NCBI RefSeq assembly: GCF_017304615.1
Contig: NZ_JAFKLZ010000001.1
Coordinates: 1,450,570 to 1,514,569, forward strand
From: Sphingomonas sp.
GTDB taxonomy: Bacteria; Pseudomonadota; Alphaproteobacteria; Sphingomonadales; Sphingomonadaceae
Direction of reading: 5' to 3'
DNA: 64,000 nt
Shown: positions 1 through 9,528 of the stretch, in pieces
Layout: every line of letters begins with the position of its first letter
Position numbering within the stretch: position 1 is the stretch's first letter
Translations under genes and position numbers: made by a program
The notes under the pieces: generated by a model
Told to the model about the DNA's origin: nothing
The model's input: the letters and a program-made list of their open reading frames with translations, nothing else
The model's database searches: none

Positions 1-833
1 TCGGCATCTGCCGCCTTGAACAGCGCCAGCACCGGGCTTGCAATGCGGATGATCTGACCCCAGCGGAACGCCTCCGCATTCGTCTTGTCGCCCGCCGGCG
101 GCTCGGTCGGCAATGCGGATTTGGTCAGATCATGCTCCCCGGGGAGCGCGTAGGGCGTATCGCGCGTCAGCAGATTGTAGGCGGCACGCATGTCGATCAG
201 CTGGCCGAACAGGCTCTCCCATCCGTCCGTGACCCCGCACGAAGTCATGGCACCAGCAAACGCGCGCGGGTGCTGTTCGATCAGCGAAAGCACGATGTTG
301 CCACCCATCGATGTGCCCGTAAGGAGCGTGCGCCGGGTGCCGAGCGTGGTCAGGAAGTCGCGCAAGCGCAGCGTGTTCTCGGTCGCGGTCTGCACCCCCA
401 TCCCGGCCTTGTCATATGCGCTGTGCCCGGCTGCATAGCCGTCGTTGTAGGCATCGAGCAGCACCCCGTTTGCGCCGGTGCCCTTGGCCAACGGATCGTC
501 GAGCACGGCGACCGGCGTGCCCGGCGTCGAATAGCCATGGACGTAGAGCAGCGCGCCCTTATTCCAATTGGGGGGAAACGCGACAGCAAATTGTCGACCC
601 GCCAGCTTGCCGTCGAGGATGAACCCGCCGCCTGGCGCCGGCTTAGTCGCGATGTCCGTCGCGCCCAGCGCCCGCGCTCTGGCGACCAGGCTGGCCTGGG
701 CGGGCGTCAGACTCACCGCCGCTGGCGCATCCGCCATCGCCGCACCGCTGCTCGGTATGGAAGCCGTCGCCAGCATGGCCGCCAGCCCCAGACGCCGCAG
801 CGTCCCCGAAACCGTCACGTAGTCGCGCATCAT
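1..833 (-). CDS. secreted alpha/beta-hydrolase, N-terminal 277 aa only (runs off the window); paralog of 8114..9505
   Basis: Hand translation of the minus strand from ATG 833 is stop-free to nt 1 (MMRDYVTVSGTLRRLGLAAMLATAS...). It has a GTSMGG nucleophile elbow. It shares RLRDFL, SLIEQHP.AFAGA, GQLIDMRAAYN and TPYALPGE with 8114..9505. GGAG lies just upstream. It is absent from the ORF track because it is edge-truncated. Confidence 0.75.
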   Translation of the reverse strand, partial: MMRDYVTVSGTLRRLGLAAMLATASIPSSGAAMADAPAAVSLTPAQASLVARARALGATDIATKPAPGGGFILDGKLAGRQFAVAFPPNWNKGALLYVHGYSTPGTPVAVLDDPLAKGTGANGVLLDAYNDGYAAGHSAYDKAGMGVQTATENTLRLRDFLTTLGTRRTLLTGTSMGGNIVLSLIEQHPRAFAGAMTSCGVTDGWESLFGQLIDMRAAYNLLTRDTPYALPGEHDLTKSALPTEPPAGDKTNAEAFRWGQIIRIASPVLALFKAADA

Positions 834-844
834 CCACTCCATGT

Positions 845-2392
845 TCATGAGGCCTGCCGAGGGGCCTCGTCCTGTGGTTTAGGCAAGGCATCGCCGCCGG
901 GCATCCGCCGGATCATCTCCAGCGTCACACCATTGGTCCATCCGAAGCCCGTCTCCGTCGCATATTCTCCGCCATGGCCGACGCCGCCGCGCCGGACATC
1001 GTATTTCTCGATCAGCCGCCCGGTAGCGCTATACTCGGCCTGGACCACGCTCACCCATCGATCGGCGATGCGCCCGGCCAGCGAGTCCAGACCGTAGCGC
1101 TCCAGGCCGGCGACCGCGATCCATTGCAACGGCGCCCAGCCGTTGGGCGCATCCCACTGCTGTTCGGTAACCTCAAGCGTCGTCAGGAGGCCGCCCGGGG
1201 CGACCATCGCAGCCAAGGCCGTCGCCGTCCGCTCCGCCCGGCGTGGCGACGCCATTCCGGCGAACAGTGGAAACGCCATAGCGGCGGTCGGCTGGTCACT
1301 TACCTCCCCCACGTCAAGGTCATAGTCCGCATAGAAGCCGCACACGTCATTCCAGAGATGCGTTTCCATGGCGGCATGGCGCGTCGCCGCCGCGGCGGCG
1401 AAATATCGGGCCACGTCTTTTTCGCCCAGCCCCTCCGCTTCGTCCGCAATGGTGGCCTCCAGACCATGAAGCAGCGCGTTCAGATCGACTGGGAGCAGGC
1501 GCGTCGTGCGGATCGTCTCCAACGTCCGGCGATCTCCCAGCCAGCGGGAACTGAAGTCCCACCCGCTCTCGGCCGCCGCCCGCAGGTCGCGCCACACGTC
1601 CTGCGCGAGCCTGTCAGGAACGCGGGCAGCCAATTCGATGTCCTCACGCCAGGATTCGTCCCGAGGGGACGGCCGATCATCCCAATAGCGATTGAGCAGC
1701 GCGCCATCGGACAGTCGTACAACTCGCCGGTGGGTGCCGCCCGGCGCTAACCCGTCCGCTCCCTGCATCCAGAAACGGTGTTCAGCGATCATCCAGTCCA
1801 GCCGCTGCCGTCGACCGTCAATCGAGCGATCCTTCGAGAGCGCAGCCATCAGGTAGAAGACTGGCGGGTGCGAGCGGCTCAGATAATAGGTACGCGTGCC
1901 GTTGGGAACACGGCCGAACCGGTCAATTAAACTGCCGAACCCGGCGATCATTTCCTCTATCAGATCTTGACGACCCGATCGCGCCAGGCCCAGCATCGTG
2001 AAATAGCTGTCCCAATAATACAGCTCGCGGAATCGTCCGCCTGGCACCACATGGCGATAGGGCAATGGAATCAGCGTCGAGCCGACCTTGGGCGTCTCCG
2101 CTTCACGCGTCAGGCTTGGCCACAGCGAAACGATATGCTCGACGAGCGGCAGATTGTCGGGCGGCGTCGCCGGCGGCGGCACCGGCAGCGTGAAGTTCGC
2201 TGCTACGAAGCCGCGAATTCCATCGGGTCCCGACGGCGGCCGGACGCGCCAGTCGCGCAGGATCGCGGCGGGATCGCGCCGGGGTTCGGCGTCCGCAAAC
2301 GTCTTCGAATCCTCGAACAGCCCGGCCGCCTGGACCGTGGCAAACAACTCGGCGAATACTTCGGACGGCGGCGGCAGGTCGGAGCCCGTCAT
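845..2392 (-). CDS. treF: alpha,alpha-trehalase (GH37), no signal peptide
   Basis: Both GH37 signatures are present (PGGRFRELYYWDSYF and QWDAPNGWAPLQ). ATG 2392 (MTGSDLPPPSEVF) makes an ATGA overlap with the stop of the upstream MFS gene. The 875-aa track ORF is an out-of-frame 5' extension. Confidence 0.9.
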   Translation of the reverse strand: MTGSDLPPPSEVFAELFATVQAAGLFEDSKTFADAEPRRDPAAILRDWRVRPPSGPDGIRGFVAANFTLPVPPPATPPDNLPLVEHIVSLWPSLTREAETPKVGSTLIPLPYRHVVPGGRFRELYYWDSYFTMLGLARSGRQDLIEEMIAGFGSLIDRFGRVPNGTRTYYLSRSHPPVFYLMAALSKDRSIDGRRQRLDWMIAEHRFWMQGADGLAPGGTHRRVVRLSDGALLNRYWDDRPSPRDESWREDIELAARVPDRLAQDVWRDLRAAAESGWDFSSRWLGDRRTLETIRTTRLLPVDLNALLHGLEATIADEAEGLGEKDVARYFAAAAATRHAAMETHLWNDVCGFYADYDLDVGEVSDQPTAAMAFPLFAGMASPRRAERTATALAAMVAPGGLLTTLEVTEQQWDAPNGWAPLQWIAVAGLERYGLDSLAGRIADRWVSVVQAEYSATGRLIEKYDVRRGGVGHGGEYATETGFGWTNGVTLEMIRRMPGGDALPKPQDEAPRQAS

Positions 2393-3612
2393 GCCGCTGT
2401 CCACCGTTGTTGCCGTCGGATCACTGGCAGGATGCCGGCAACCAGCGCCAACGGGACCAGCGTCGCATAGAAGGCAAGCGCGCCATCGAGCTTCTGGAAC
2501 AGCAGCCCCGTCAGGAACGAGCCTATCGTGCCTCCCAGTGCCGAGAAGATGACGATCAGGCCCATCATCGCGGCGTGTCGCCGGCGGGGCAGCGCGCTCA
2601 GCGCAACCGAACAAACCGTGGGGTAGATCGGCGCCAGAAACAGCCCCAGCAGCGGGAAAAGGAACGCGGCCGGTGGCGCATCGAGCCAGCCGATCGCCTG
2701 CACACCCGAGGCTTCCTTCGCCAAAGGCAGCGAGGCCAGCACAAGCAGCGCGACGCAACCGAGGCAGGTCAGCAGAACGAACAGCCAGTCCAGTCGTCGC
2801 AACACTGCTCCTGACACCAGCCGGCCCACTGCCAGCGCGCCGACGAAGATGCTCGACATCTGCACGCTCATTGCAGCGGGCAAGCGTAGAATCTGATTGT
2901 TGAACGTGGGCAACCAGGTGCCGACACCCTGTTCGATCAGCACATACAGGAACAGGGCGGCGAGGACGGTCACGGTCGCGGGCATCAGCGCCAGCCGCAC
3001 CATCTCGCTCCAGCCGGCGGCAGATGGCTCGGCGTCGTCCACGCCCCCCTGATCGACCGGCGTTACAAGCCACAGCAAGGCCGCGCCACAGCAGCCCGCG
3101 CCGAGCAGTCGATACACGTGCAGCCATTGCGATCCGGTCGCGTCGGCTCCGATGAACCACCCGAACAGCCAGACGCCAACCAGCAGGCCGACCATGAACA
3201 CGCCCTCGACCAGACCGGTAATGCTCGCATGGTCGGCCGGATCGCGGGCGAGAACGCCGATCGTGGCATAGGTCGCGACCTTGGCGACGCCAAAGCTCAG
3301 ACCGGTCACGACGAACAGCGCCTGCATCGCCAGGAAGCGGTCCGCGAACGAGGCCGCAACACATGCCATTGCCATGGCCGCCATGACGCCGAGCAACGAT
3401 CGGCGGTAGCCGATCGATGGTATCCGCGTCGCCAACAGAAAGGAAGCGGCGACAACCGAAAGATCCTTGCACGCCTCGAGTGTCGAACCCATTGGCTTGG
3501 TCGTGTCGAAATGGCGGATCGACTGCAGGATCACGACGCCGACGCTGTTCATCAAGATGCCGAGCAGCGCATAGCTGAGCGCCAGCGCGACCAAGACTCT
3601 CGCGCGGCTCAC
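2389..3612 (-). CDS. MFS transporter (sugar-type)
   Basis: 407 aa and hydrophobic throughout, with about 12 predicted TM helices. GTG start makes a GTGA overlap with the upstream esterase stop. The stop overlaps the trehalase ATG. Confidence 0.8.
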   Translation of the reverse strand: MSRARVLVALALSYALLGILMNSVGVVILQSIRHFDTTKPMGSTLEACKDLSVVAASFLLATRIPSIGYRRSLLGVMAAMAMACVAASFADRFLAMQALFVVTGLSFGVAKVATYATIGVLARDPADHASITGLVEGVFMVGLLVGVWLFGWFIGADATGSQWLHVYRLLGAGCCGAALLWLVTPVDQGGVDDAEPSAAGWSEMVRLALMPATVTVLAALFLYVLIEQGVGTWLPTFNNQILRLPAAMSVQMSSIFVGALAVGRLVSGAVLRRLDWLFVLLTCLGCVALLVLASLPLAKEASGVQAIGWLDAPPAAFLFPLLGLFLAPIYPTVCSVALSALPRRRHAAMMGLIVIFSALGGTIGSFLTGLLFQKLDGALAFYATLVPLALVAGILPVIRRQQRWTAA

Positions 3613-4643
3613 TTGCGCCCGTGCCCCAGATACCGGTCGAAGAACCGTGCGATCAGGGAATAGGCTTCGGTCGATTCCGGCATGTCGGGCCAGACGAAGA
3701 AGGCGTGCGGCAAGCCGTCGAACAGGTACAGCTCTGAGGGCACTCCGGCCGCCCCCAGCCGCCGATGCGCCAACGTCAGTGCGCTGACCGCGAAATCACG
3801 TCCGCCCGCCAGCAGCAAGGTCGGCGGCATCGCGCGCACTTCTGCATCCGACAACAGAGGATAGGCGGCGGCGTCGGTCACCGGGATACTCGTCATATAG
3901 GGCGTCGGCAGCGTCGCCGGCAACGCGGGCACGGGCAATGCCGCTCCGCCGGTGATCGGACCCGCGAGATAGGGACTGTCCCCCGAATAAGACGCGCCGG
4001 TGCCGCAAAACGTGCCGATCGCGCCGGGCTTGGGCAGCTTGAGGCGGCGGATCCACGCGGTCGCCTGGGCGGTGATGACGCCGCCGGCAGAGCAGCCGTA
4101 GATGCCGATATTGGCGGCCGGATATCGCTTGAGCAAAGCGCGATAGACGGCGGCGACGTCCTCCGACGCGGCAGGATATTTGAACTCGGGCGTCAGCCGA
4201 TAATCGACCGTCACCACCCGGACGCGCATCGTCGCCGCGATCGGGATCGCCTCGACCAGCGCGCCGCTGCCCGAGCCCCACATGAAGGCGCCGCCATGCA
4301 CGTTGATGAGCACGCGGCCCGCATTGCGCGGCGCGATACCCGCCGCCGGCTCGACGCTGTCGACCATCACGCCGCCGATCGTCTCGCGCCGCTCGCGGGT
4401 CGTGAAGTTCCGCCGCATCTCCGCCAGTCGGTCGTCATTATACTTTTGGTAGAAGGCACGTTGCTTGGCCAGATCGCCCTTGATCGCGTCCGGAGCGGTC
4501 GCCGCCCGCATGCGCGCCAGGACGTCCAGCGCTTGCGGGCTGAGCTGGTTGGAAGGGGGCAGCGTAAAAGATGGCACCACCGTCTGCGCCCCGAGCGGCG
4601 CGGCAGCGAAGGCAGCCAACAGAATCGTCAGGCGCAATTTCAT
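3609..4643 (-). CDS. secreted esterase/lipase, hormone-sensitive-lipase (alpha/beta-hydrolase fold-3) type
   Basis: Signal peptide MKLRLTILLAAFAAAPLGAQ. HGGAF oxyanion motif and GCSAGG nucleophile elbow. Confidence 0.8.
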   Translation of the reverse strand: MKLRLTILLAAFAAAPLGAQTVVPSFTLPPSNQLSPQALDVLARMRAATAPDAIKGDLAKQRAFYQKYNDDRLAEMRRNFTTRERRETIGGVMVDSVEPAAGIAPRNAGRVLINVHGGAFMWGSGSGALVEAIPIAATMRVRVVTVDYRLTPEFKYPAASEDVAAVYRALLKRYPAANIGIYGCSAGGVITAQATAWIRRLKLPKPGAIGTFCGTGASYSGDSPYLAGPITGGAALPVPALPATLPTPYMTSIPVTDAAAYPLLSDAEVRAMPPTLLLAGGRDFAVSALTLAHRRLGAAGVPSELYLFDGLPHAFFVWPDMPESTEAYSLIARFFDRYLGHGRK

Positions 4644-5602
4644 CGGATGCCTCTCAGTCGAGCCCGGAAGAATCGCGCCATCGCCGCAAAGGCGGCGTCG
4701 GTCTCGGGCGCGTCGATATAGCTCCAGAAAGCATGGGGCAGCCCGTCATAGACGATCAGTTTGGCCGGCACCTCGGCAACGTCGAGGCGGCGGCAGAATT
4801 CCGTCGTCGCGCTCAAGAGGAAATCGCGACCGCTGGCGATGCAGAGCGTCGGGGGCCAGCCGGCCAGGTTGCCGCGTGCCGGCGACAGTGCGACATCGGC
4901 CCGGTTGCGCTTGCCCGCGTACATCGCGGCAACGGCGTCGGCGACCGCCGGGTTGGCGAAGCGAGCGATCGTGTCGCCATTGGCGGAGAGATCAGCAGTG
5001 CCGCTGAAGAAGCCCAACGCCGCCGGCAGCGCGACGCGGGTCTCCCGCAAACGCGCGACCAACTGGGCTGACAGGATGGCCCCGGCCGACGTCCCATAGA
5101 CGCCGATCCGCCGCGACGGCCGATCTCGAAGCAGCGCGCGATAGACTCGCTCGGCGTCATCGACTGCCGCCGGGAAAGGATTCTCGGGCGACAGGCGATA
5201 GCGCACCGCCACCACGCGATAGCCGGTCAGGCCGGCGACCGCGGCATTCTCCGTGATCGATCCGGAATCGACGAGGAACCCGCCGCCATGGAGGTTGAGC
5301 AGCACGGGGCCGCCCGCTCGCTCGCTGGCCGGGGTAAAGACGCGGACCGGCACGCCCGCGATCACGTCCTCCTTCATCACGACTTTGTAGCGGTTGAGCC
5401 GCGGCATCCCGATCTCTCGCTGAATCGCCTCGGCGCGGGCACGCCGTTCTGAGAGTGTCGTCGGGTCCGCGCCGCGCGCGTCGTTCGCGGCGAGCCCGGC
5501 CCGTGCTTCCGGCGACAGGAAGGTGGGCCAAGGCGTCGGTGCCGTCTGGGCAGCAGCGCCAGTGGCAAACAGCGCAAGGCTCAGGACGAGTTGGCGGTTC
5601 AC
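4640..5602 (-). CDS. secreted esterase/lipase, HSL type (tandem paralog of 3609..4643)
   Basis: Signal peptide MNRQLVLSLALFATGAAAQ. HGGGF and GTSAGA motifs. GTGA overlap with the GH1 stop. Confidence 0.8.
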   Translation of the reverse strand: MNRQLVLSLALFATGAAAQTAPTPWPTFLSPEARAGLAANDARGADPTTLSERRARAEAIQREIGMPRLNRYKVVMKEDVIAGVPVRVFTPASERAGGPVLLNLHGGGFLVDSGSITENAAVAGLTGYRVVAVRYRLSPENPFPAAVDDAERVYRALLRDRPSRRIGVYGTSAGAILSAQLVARLRETRVALPAALGFFSGTADLSANGDTIARFANPAVADAVAAMYAGKRNRADVALSPARGNLAGWPPTLCIASGRDFLLSATTEFCRRLDVAEVPAKLIVYDGLPHAFWSYIDAPETDAAFAAMARFFRARLRGIR

Positions 5603-6810
5603 CGGCGTTTACTCACGAGATCGGCATACTGTCGTGCGCTGGGTTTTGGACGGCGGCGAAAGGTCGTGCGATCGACCGCAACCAGACCGAAGCGTTGACG
5701 ATATCCGCGCCGCCATTCGAAATTGTCGAGCAGCGACCAGTGGAGATAGCCAATCACCGGCACGCCATCGCGCCGCGCCGTGTCCAACGACGTGAGGGCC
5801 TGTGGCAGATATCGTTGCCGCTGCTCATCGTCGGCCGATGCGATCCCGTTCTCCGTGACGAACACCGGCTTGCCGGTCGCCCGATGGGCATGGCGGACGC
5901 TGTTGCCCAGCGCCTGCGGATAGAATTCCTCGCCCGACTGGGTAAGTTCGGCACCATCTGGCGGAGGCAGAACGCCGCTCCGGCCGACACGTAAGCGCGT
6001 ATAGGTCTGCACCCCGATAAAGTCGTCGTCCCATGCGACCGCAAAGAACGGCGCCTCGGCATGGCGACGATAGACTTCGATCCCGCTATCCGCTTCCGCC
6101 GCTTGCGCGTCCGGAATGGCTAGGCTGAGCCCGACCAGCGTCGCGGGCGCAGCGGCCTTCCATGCCGCCCGCGCAGCGCGGTGCCCGGCCAGCAGATTGG
6201 CGAGTGCCGCATCCTCGCCGCGCGAGTAGACCCAGACGTCGAACCGCTCTGATCCCGACGCGGTCGCCGCGCCAGCAAGCATGGCATCCAACTTTTGCCG
6301 GGCAGGATCGGCCAAAGGGGTGGCGGTCCAGCGACCCATCAGTGGCAGGTTGGGCTCGTTGAACGTCACGACATGGCTAGCGAACGCGCCCAAACGCCGC
6401 GCCACGCGATCGGCAAAGCGTACGAACCGGTCGGGCGCCTCCGCGCTCGCCCAGCCACCCGCTGCCGCGAACCAGCGCGGTGATGTAAAATGGCTGAGCG
6501 TCACGACTGGCGCAATGCCCTGCCCCCGACAGGCGTCTGCGATCTGCACGTAATGATCCAGCCATGCCTGGCTGAACTGCCCCGGCGCGGGCTCGACGCG
6601 CGACCATTCGACCGAAAAGCGGAACGCGTCCAACCCCATCGCTCGCACCAGCGCGACGTCCTCGCGCCAGCGGTTCAGGCTGTCGCAGGCGTCGCCGGAA
6701 GGTTCCACAAACGACGTGTCCTTTAGCTGTTCCAGCAGCCAGATATCGGCATTGACGTTGTTCCCTTCGATCTGATGCCCGGCGGTCGCTACGCCCCAAA
6801 GGAAGCTCAT
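5599..6810 (-). CDS. GH1 beta-glucosidase, cytoplasmic (no signal peptide)
   Basis: N-terminus FLWGVATAGHQIEGNN. Acid/base TFNEPNL and nucleophile VTENGIA motifs. Confidence 0.88.
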   Translation of the reverse strand: MSFLWGVATAGHQIEGNNVNADIWLLEQLKDTSFVEPSGDACDSLNRWREDVALVRAMGLDAFRFSVEWSRVEPAPGQFSQAWLDHYVQIADACRGQGIAPVVTLSHFTSPRWFAAAGGWASAEAPDRFVRFADRVARRLGAFASHVVTFNEPNLPLMGRWTATPLADPARQKLDAMLAGAATASGSERFDVWVYSRGEDAALANLLAGHRAARAAWKAAAPATLVGLSLAIPDAQAAEADSGIEVYRRHAEAPFFAVAWDDDFIGVQTYTRLRVGRSGVLPPPDGAELTQSGEEFYPQALGNSVRHAHRATGKPVFVTENGIASADDEQRQRYLPQALTSLDTARRDGVPVIGYLHWSLLDNFEWRRGYRQRFGLVAVDRTTFRRRPKPSARQYADLVSKRR

Positions 6811-8117
6811 CGGCGCGGCGTTCCGCCGGCCCTGGCGATCCGGCCGAGAACACGCGCGCTAGGCTTGACGATACGGCGGAAGGTCGTGCGATCGACCGCG
6901 ACCAGGCCGAACTTCGGACCATAGCCCGAGAGCCACTCGAAATTGTCGAGCAGAGACCAATGGATATAGCCGATCATCGGCACCCCGTCGGCCTTCGCCG
7001 CCATGACCGATGCGACCGCCGCTGGAATGAAGCGTTGCCGCACCGCATCGTCGGCGGCGTCGATGCCGTTTTCGGTGACCAGCACAGGCTTGCCGGTCGC
7101 CTGGTGCACATAGCGCACGACATTGCCGACCGCCGCGGGAAACCATTCCTTGCCGTCCGGACCGCGCTCGTCAGCCGGCACCTCGACGTCGCGGTTCTGC
7201 CCGACAAAGGCGCGGCCATAGGTCTGGACGCCCACGAAATCGTCCTTGTCCATCACCGCAAAGAACGGGCCGTAAATTTCGGCGCGCTTGCGCTCAATCC
7301 CACTGTCAGCGCCGATTGGCACATTGTCGGGGATGGCGAGGCTGAGCCCCACGGGCAAGTCGCCGCGTGCCGCCTTGATTGCCGCCCGCCCCTTCACATG
7401 GGCGGCGGTGACGCCGGGGATCATCGGTTCGGGATCGCCGGCGTTGAGCAGCGAGAAGCGGTCGGATCCGCTCGCCTTCGCCGCCGCCGCCACGCACGCC
7501 GCCATCCGGTCCAGGAACGGCTTCGGGATCGGCTTCACCGCCCATTTGCCGCCAAGCGCGAGGTTGGGCTCGTTGAAGGTGAGCGCGTGACCTATCCCGC
7601 CAGCCATGGCGCGCGCCACGCGGTCGCAATAGCGCGCGAACAGGTCGGGCGCGTCCCTGTTTTCCCATCCCCCGGCCGCCGCGAACCAGCGAGGCGTCGT
7701 GAAGTGGTTGAAGGTGACTATCGGCGCCAATCCCTGGTCGCGGCAATGATCGATGATCCGCCGGTAATGGTCGAGATAGGCCTGGCTGAACTGTCCTGGC
7801 GCGGGCTCGATCCGCGACCATTCGACCGAGAATCGATAGCAGTTGAGACCCAGCGCCTTGACGATCGCGACATCCTCGCGCCAGCGGTTGAGACTGTCAC
7901 AGGCGTCGCCGGATGGCTCTGCGAACACGGTCGGTTTGACCTGTTCGAGCAGCCACATGTCGGCGTTGACGTTATTGCCTTCGACCTGGTGCCCGGCGGT
8001 CGCCGCACCCCATAGGAACGGCGCGCGGCGGGTCCCAGCCAGAGCCGGAACGGACGCGGCGATGGCTGCACTCGCCCCCAACCCGAGCGCTGCGCGGCGA
8101 TCGACGGATACGCTCAT
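6807..8117 (-). CDS. GH1 beta-glucosidase with Tat-type signal peptide
   Basis: ATG 8117 gives MSVSVDRRAALGLGASAAIAASVPALAG (twin-arginine), then FLWGAATAGHQVEGNN, TFNEPNL and VTENGID. ATGA overlaps at both ends. The 693-aa track ORF is an artefactual extension. Confidence 0.88.
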   Translation of the reverse strand: MSVSVDRRAALGLGASAAIAASVPALAGTRRAPFLWGAATAGHQVEGNNVNADMWLLEQVKPTVFAEPSGDACDSLNRWREDVAIVKALGLNCYRFSVEWSRIEPAPGQFSQAYLDHYRRIIDHCRDQGLAPIVTFNHFTTPRWFAAAGGWENRDAPDLFARYCDRVARAMAGGIGHALTFNEPNLALGGKWAVKPIPKPFLDRMAACVAAAAKASGSDRFSLLNAGDPEPMIPGVTAAHVKGRAAIKAARGDLPVGLSLAIPDNVPIGADSGIERKRAEIYGPFFAVMDKDDFVGVQTYGRAFVGQNRDVEVPADERGPDGKEWFPAAVGNVVRYVHQATGKPVLVTENGIDAADDAVRQRFIPAAVASVMAAKADGVPMIGYIHWSLLDNFEWLSGYGPKFGLVAVDRTTFRRIVKPSARVLGRIARAGGTPRR

Positions 8118-9505
8118 TTGATCGCGTCGGCGGCCGGGCGCTTGCCGGTCTCGACCCAGCGACGCAGCAGCGGGAAGGTGCCGCTGTTCTGCGCCGGCGT
8201 GAACCCGCAATGGGTGTAGCCCTCCAGCCCGCCGGGCAGCGGAATGCGCGTCGGCGCCACGGCATATTGCACCAAGTTGCGGCTGTTGCCGGCCCGCGCG
8301 ACGATCCGCCCGAGCGCCTCCGACTGAGCGAACGGCACCAGTGCGTCGATCATCTGGTGAATAGTAATCAAGGGCACCGTGAACCGTCCGGTCGCCTCGT
8401 GCCACTGCCGGGCATAGGCAATTGCCTTGGGGCTCGCCGCAAAGCGCTGAATGCGCCGATTGAAGTCCGCCGCCTCGGCCGCGGTCATCTCGGGCGGCAC
8501 ATACACCTTGCCGACATTGCCGACGGGCACGCCGCCCATCGTGGCAACGATATCGTCCATCCCGAGCGCGCCCGAATAGAGCGGGGCCGCGAGCGCGGAA
8601 GGGTCTGGCGCGAATCCGCCAATGGCCGCGACCTGGCGAATGATCCGGGCCTCCTTGCCCTGCGGATCCTTCTTGGCTGCGAGGAACAAGGCGAGGACGG
8701 GCATCAGCAGCTTGGTCTTCTGCTGGTTGCGGAATGCCTCTCCATCGGTCGTGTCGCCGGCCGCCGGGATCGTTGGGAGCGCGGAGCGTGTGACGTCGCG
8801 TTCGCCTGGCAACGCGTAAGGCGTACCCTCGGTTAGCACGTTGTAGGCGGCGCGCATGTCGATCAATTGACCGACCAGGCTTATCCATCCTTGGGTAACT
8901 CCACAGGCCGAGACCGCACCGGCGAACGCCTTGGGATGCTGTTCGATCAGCGACATGACGATACTGCCACCCATCGAACCGCCAGCGATATACATCCGCG
9001 TCGCGCCCACCTTCACCAAGAAGTCGCGCAAACGCAGCGTGTTTACCGCTCCTGTTTCAGTACCGACCCCCGATTTGTCGAATACCGCCAGGCCGACCGC
9101 GAACCCATCGCCGTAGGCCTGCTTGAGCATGCCGCCGCCCGGATCCTTGACGATCGGATCGTCAGGCACTGTCGGGATCGTGCCGGGCGTCGAATAGCCA
9201 TTGGCGAAAAGCAGCCCCTGACGGTTCCACGATGCCGGGAACGCCAGAACGAATGTCCGCCCTGCCAGCTTGCCGTGAACCACCATGCCGCCGCCCGACG
9301 CCGGTCGGGTCGCGATGTCCGTCGCTCCGGCAAGCCGCATGCGCGCCAGGAGCGACTGCTGTCCCGCGCTCGCAGCGAACGGCGCAGAAGCGGGAGAAAT
9401 GGCCGGCGGGACGGTTTGCGGCGTGGCCGGCGGCACACTCGACTGCGCGCCGGCGACGCTGGCGAGACCCACCGCGGACCCCAGCAACAAGTATAATCTA
9501 CCCAT
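8114..9505 (-). CDS. secreted alpha/beta-hydrolase (family not recognised)
   Basis: ATG 9505 gives MGRLYLLLGSAVGLASVAGAQ (signal peptide). GGSMGGS nucleophile elbow. Paralog of 1..833. Confidence 0.75.
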   Translation of the reverse strand: MGRLYLLLGSAVGLASVAGAQSSVPPATPQTVPPAISPASAPFAASAGQQSLLARMRLAGATDIATRPASGGGMVVHGKLAGRTFVLAFPASWNRQGLLFANGYSTPGTIPTVPDDPIVKDPGGGMLKQAYGDGFAVGLAVFDKSGVGTETGAVNTLRLRDFLVKVGATRMYIAGGSMGGSIVMSLIEQHPKAFAGAVSACGVTQGWISLVGQLIDMRAAYNVLTEGTPYALPGERDVTRSALPTIPAAGDTTDGEAFRNQQKTKLLMPVLALFLAAKKDPQGKEARIIRQVAAIGGFAPDPSALAAPLYSGALGMDDIVATMGGVPVGNVGKVYVPPEMTAAEAADFNRRIQRFAASPKAIAYARQWHEATGRFTVPLITIHQMIDALVPFAQSEALGRIVARAGNSRNLVQYAVAPTRIPLPGGLEGYTHCGFTPAQNSGTFPLLRRWVETGKRPAADAIK

Positions 9506-9528
9506 GGTTGAACTCCGCGGCGTGGGAA

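Noticed and set aside
132-1097. 321-aa plus-strand ORF at the window start
   Set aside because: It is antisense to the verified alpha/beta-hydrolase (1..833) and the trehalase 3' end, and is Arg-rich junk.
2393-3472. N-terminal 360-aa extension of the trehalase ORF (track ORF 845..3472)
   Set aside because: It overlaps the well-supported MFS gene in another frame and is Arg/Gly-rich nonsense. The ATG at 2392, with its ATGA coupling and the full GH37 domain, explains the locus.
8118-8888. N-terminal extension of the Tat-GH1 ORF (track ORF 6807..8888)
   Set aside because: It overlaps the alpha/beta-hydrolase 8114..9505 out of frame. A clean Tat signal begins at ATG 8117.
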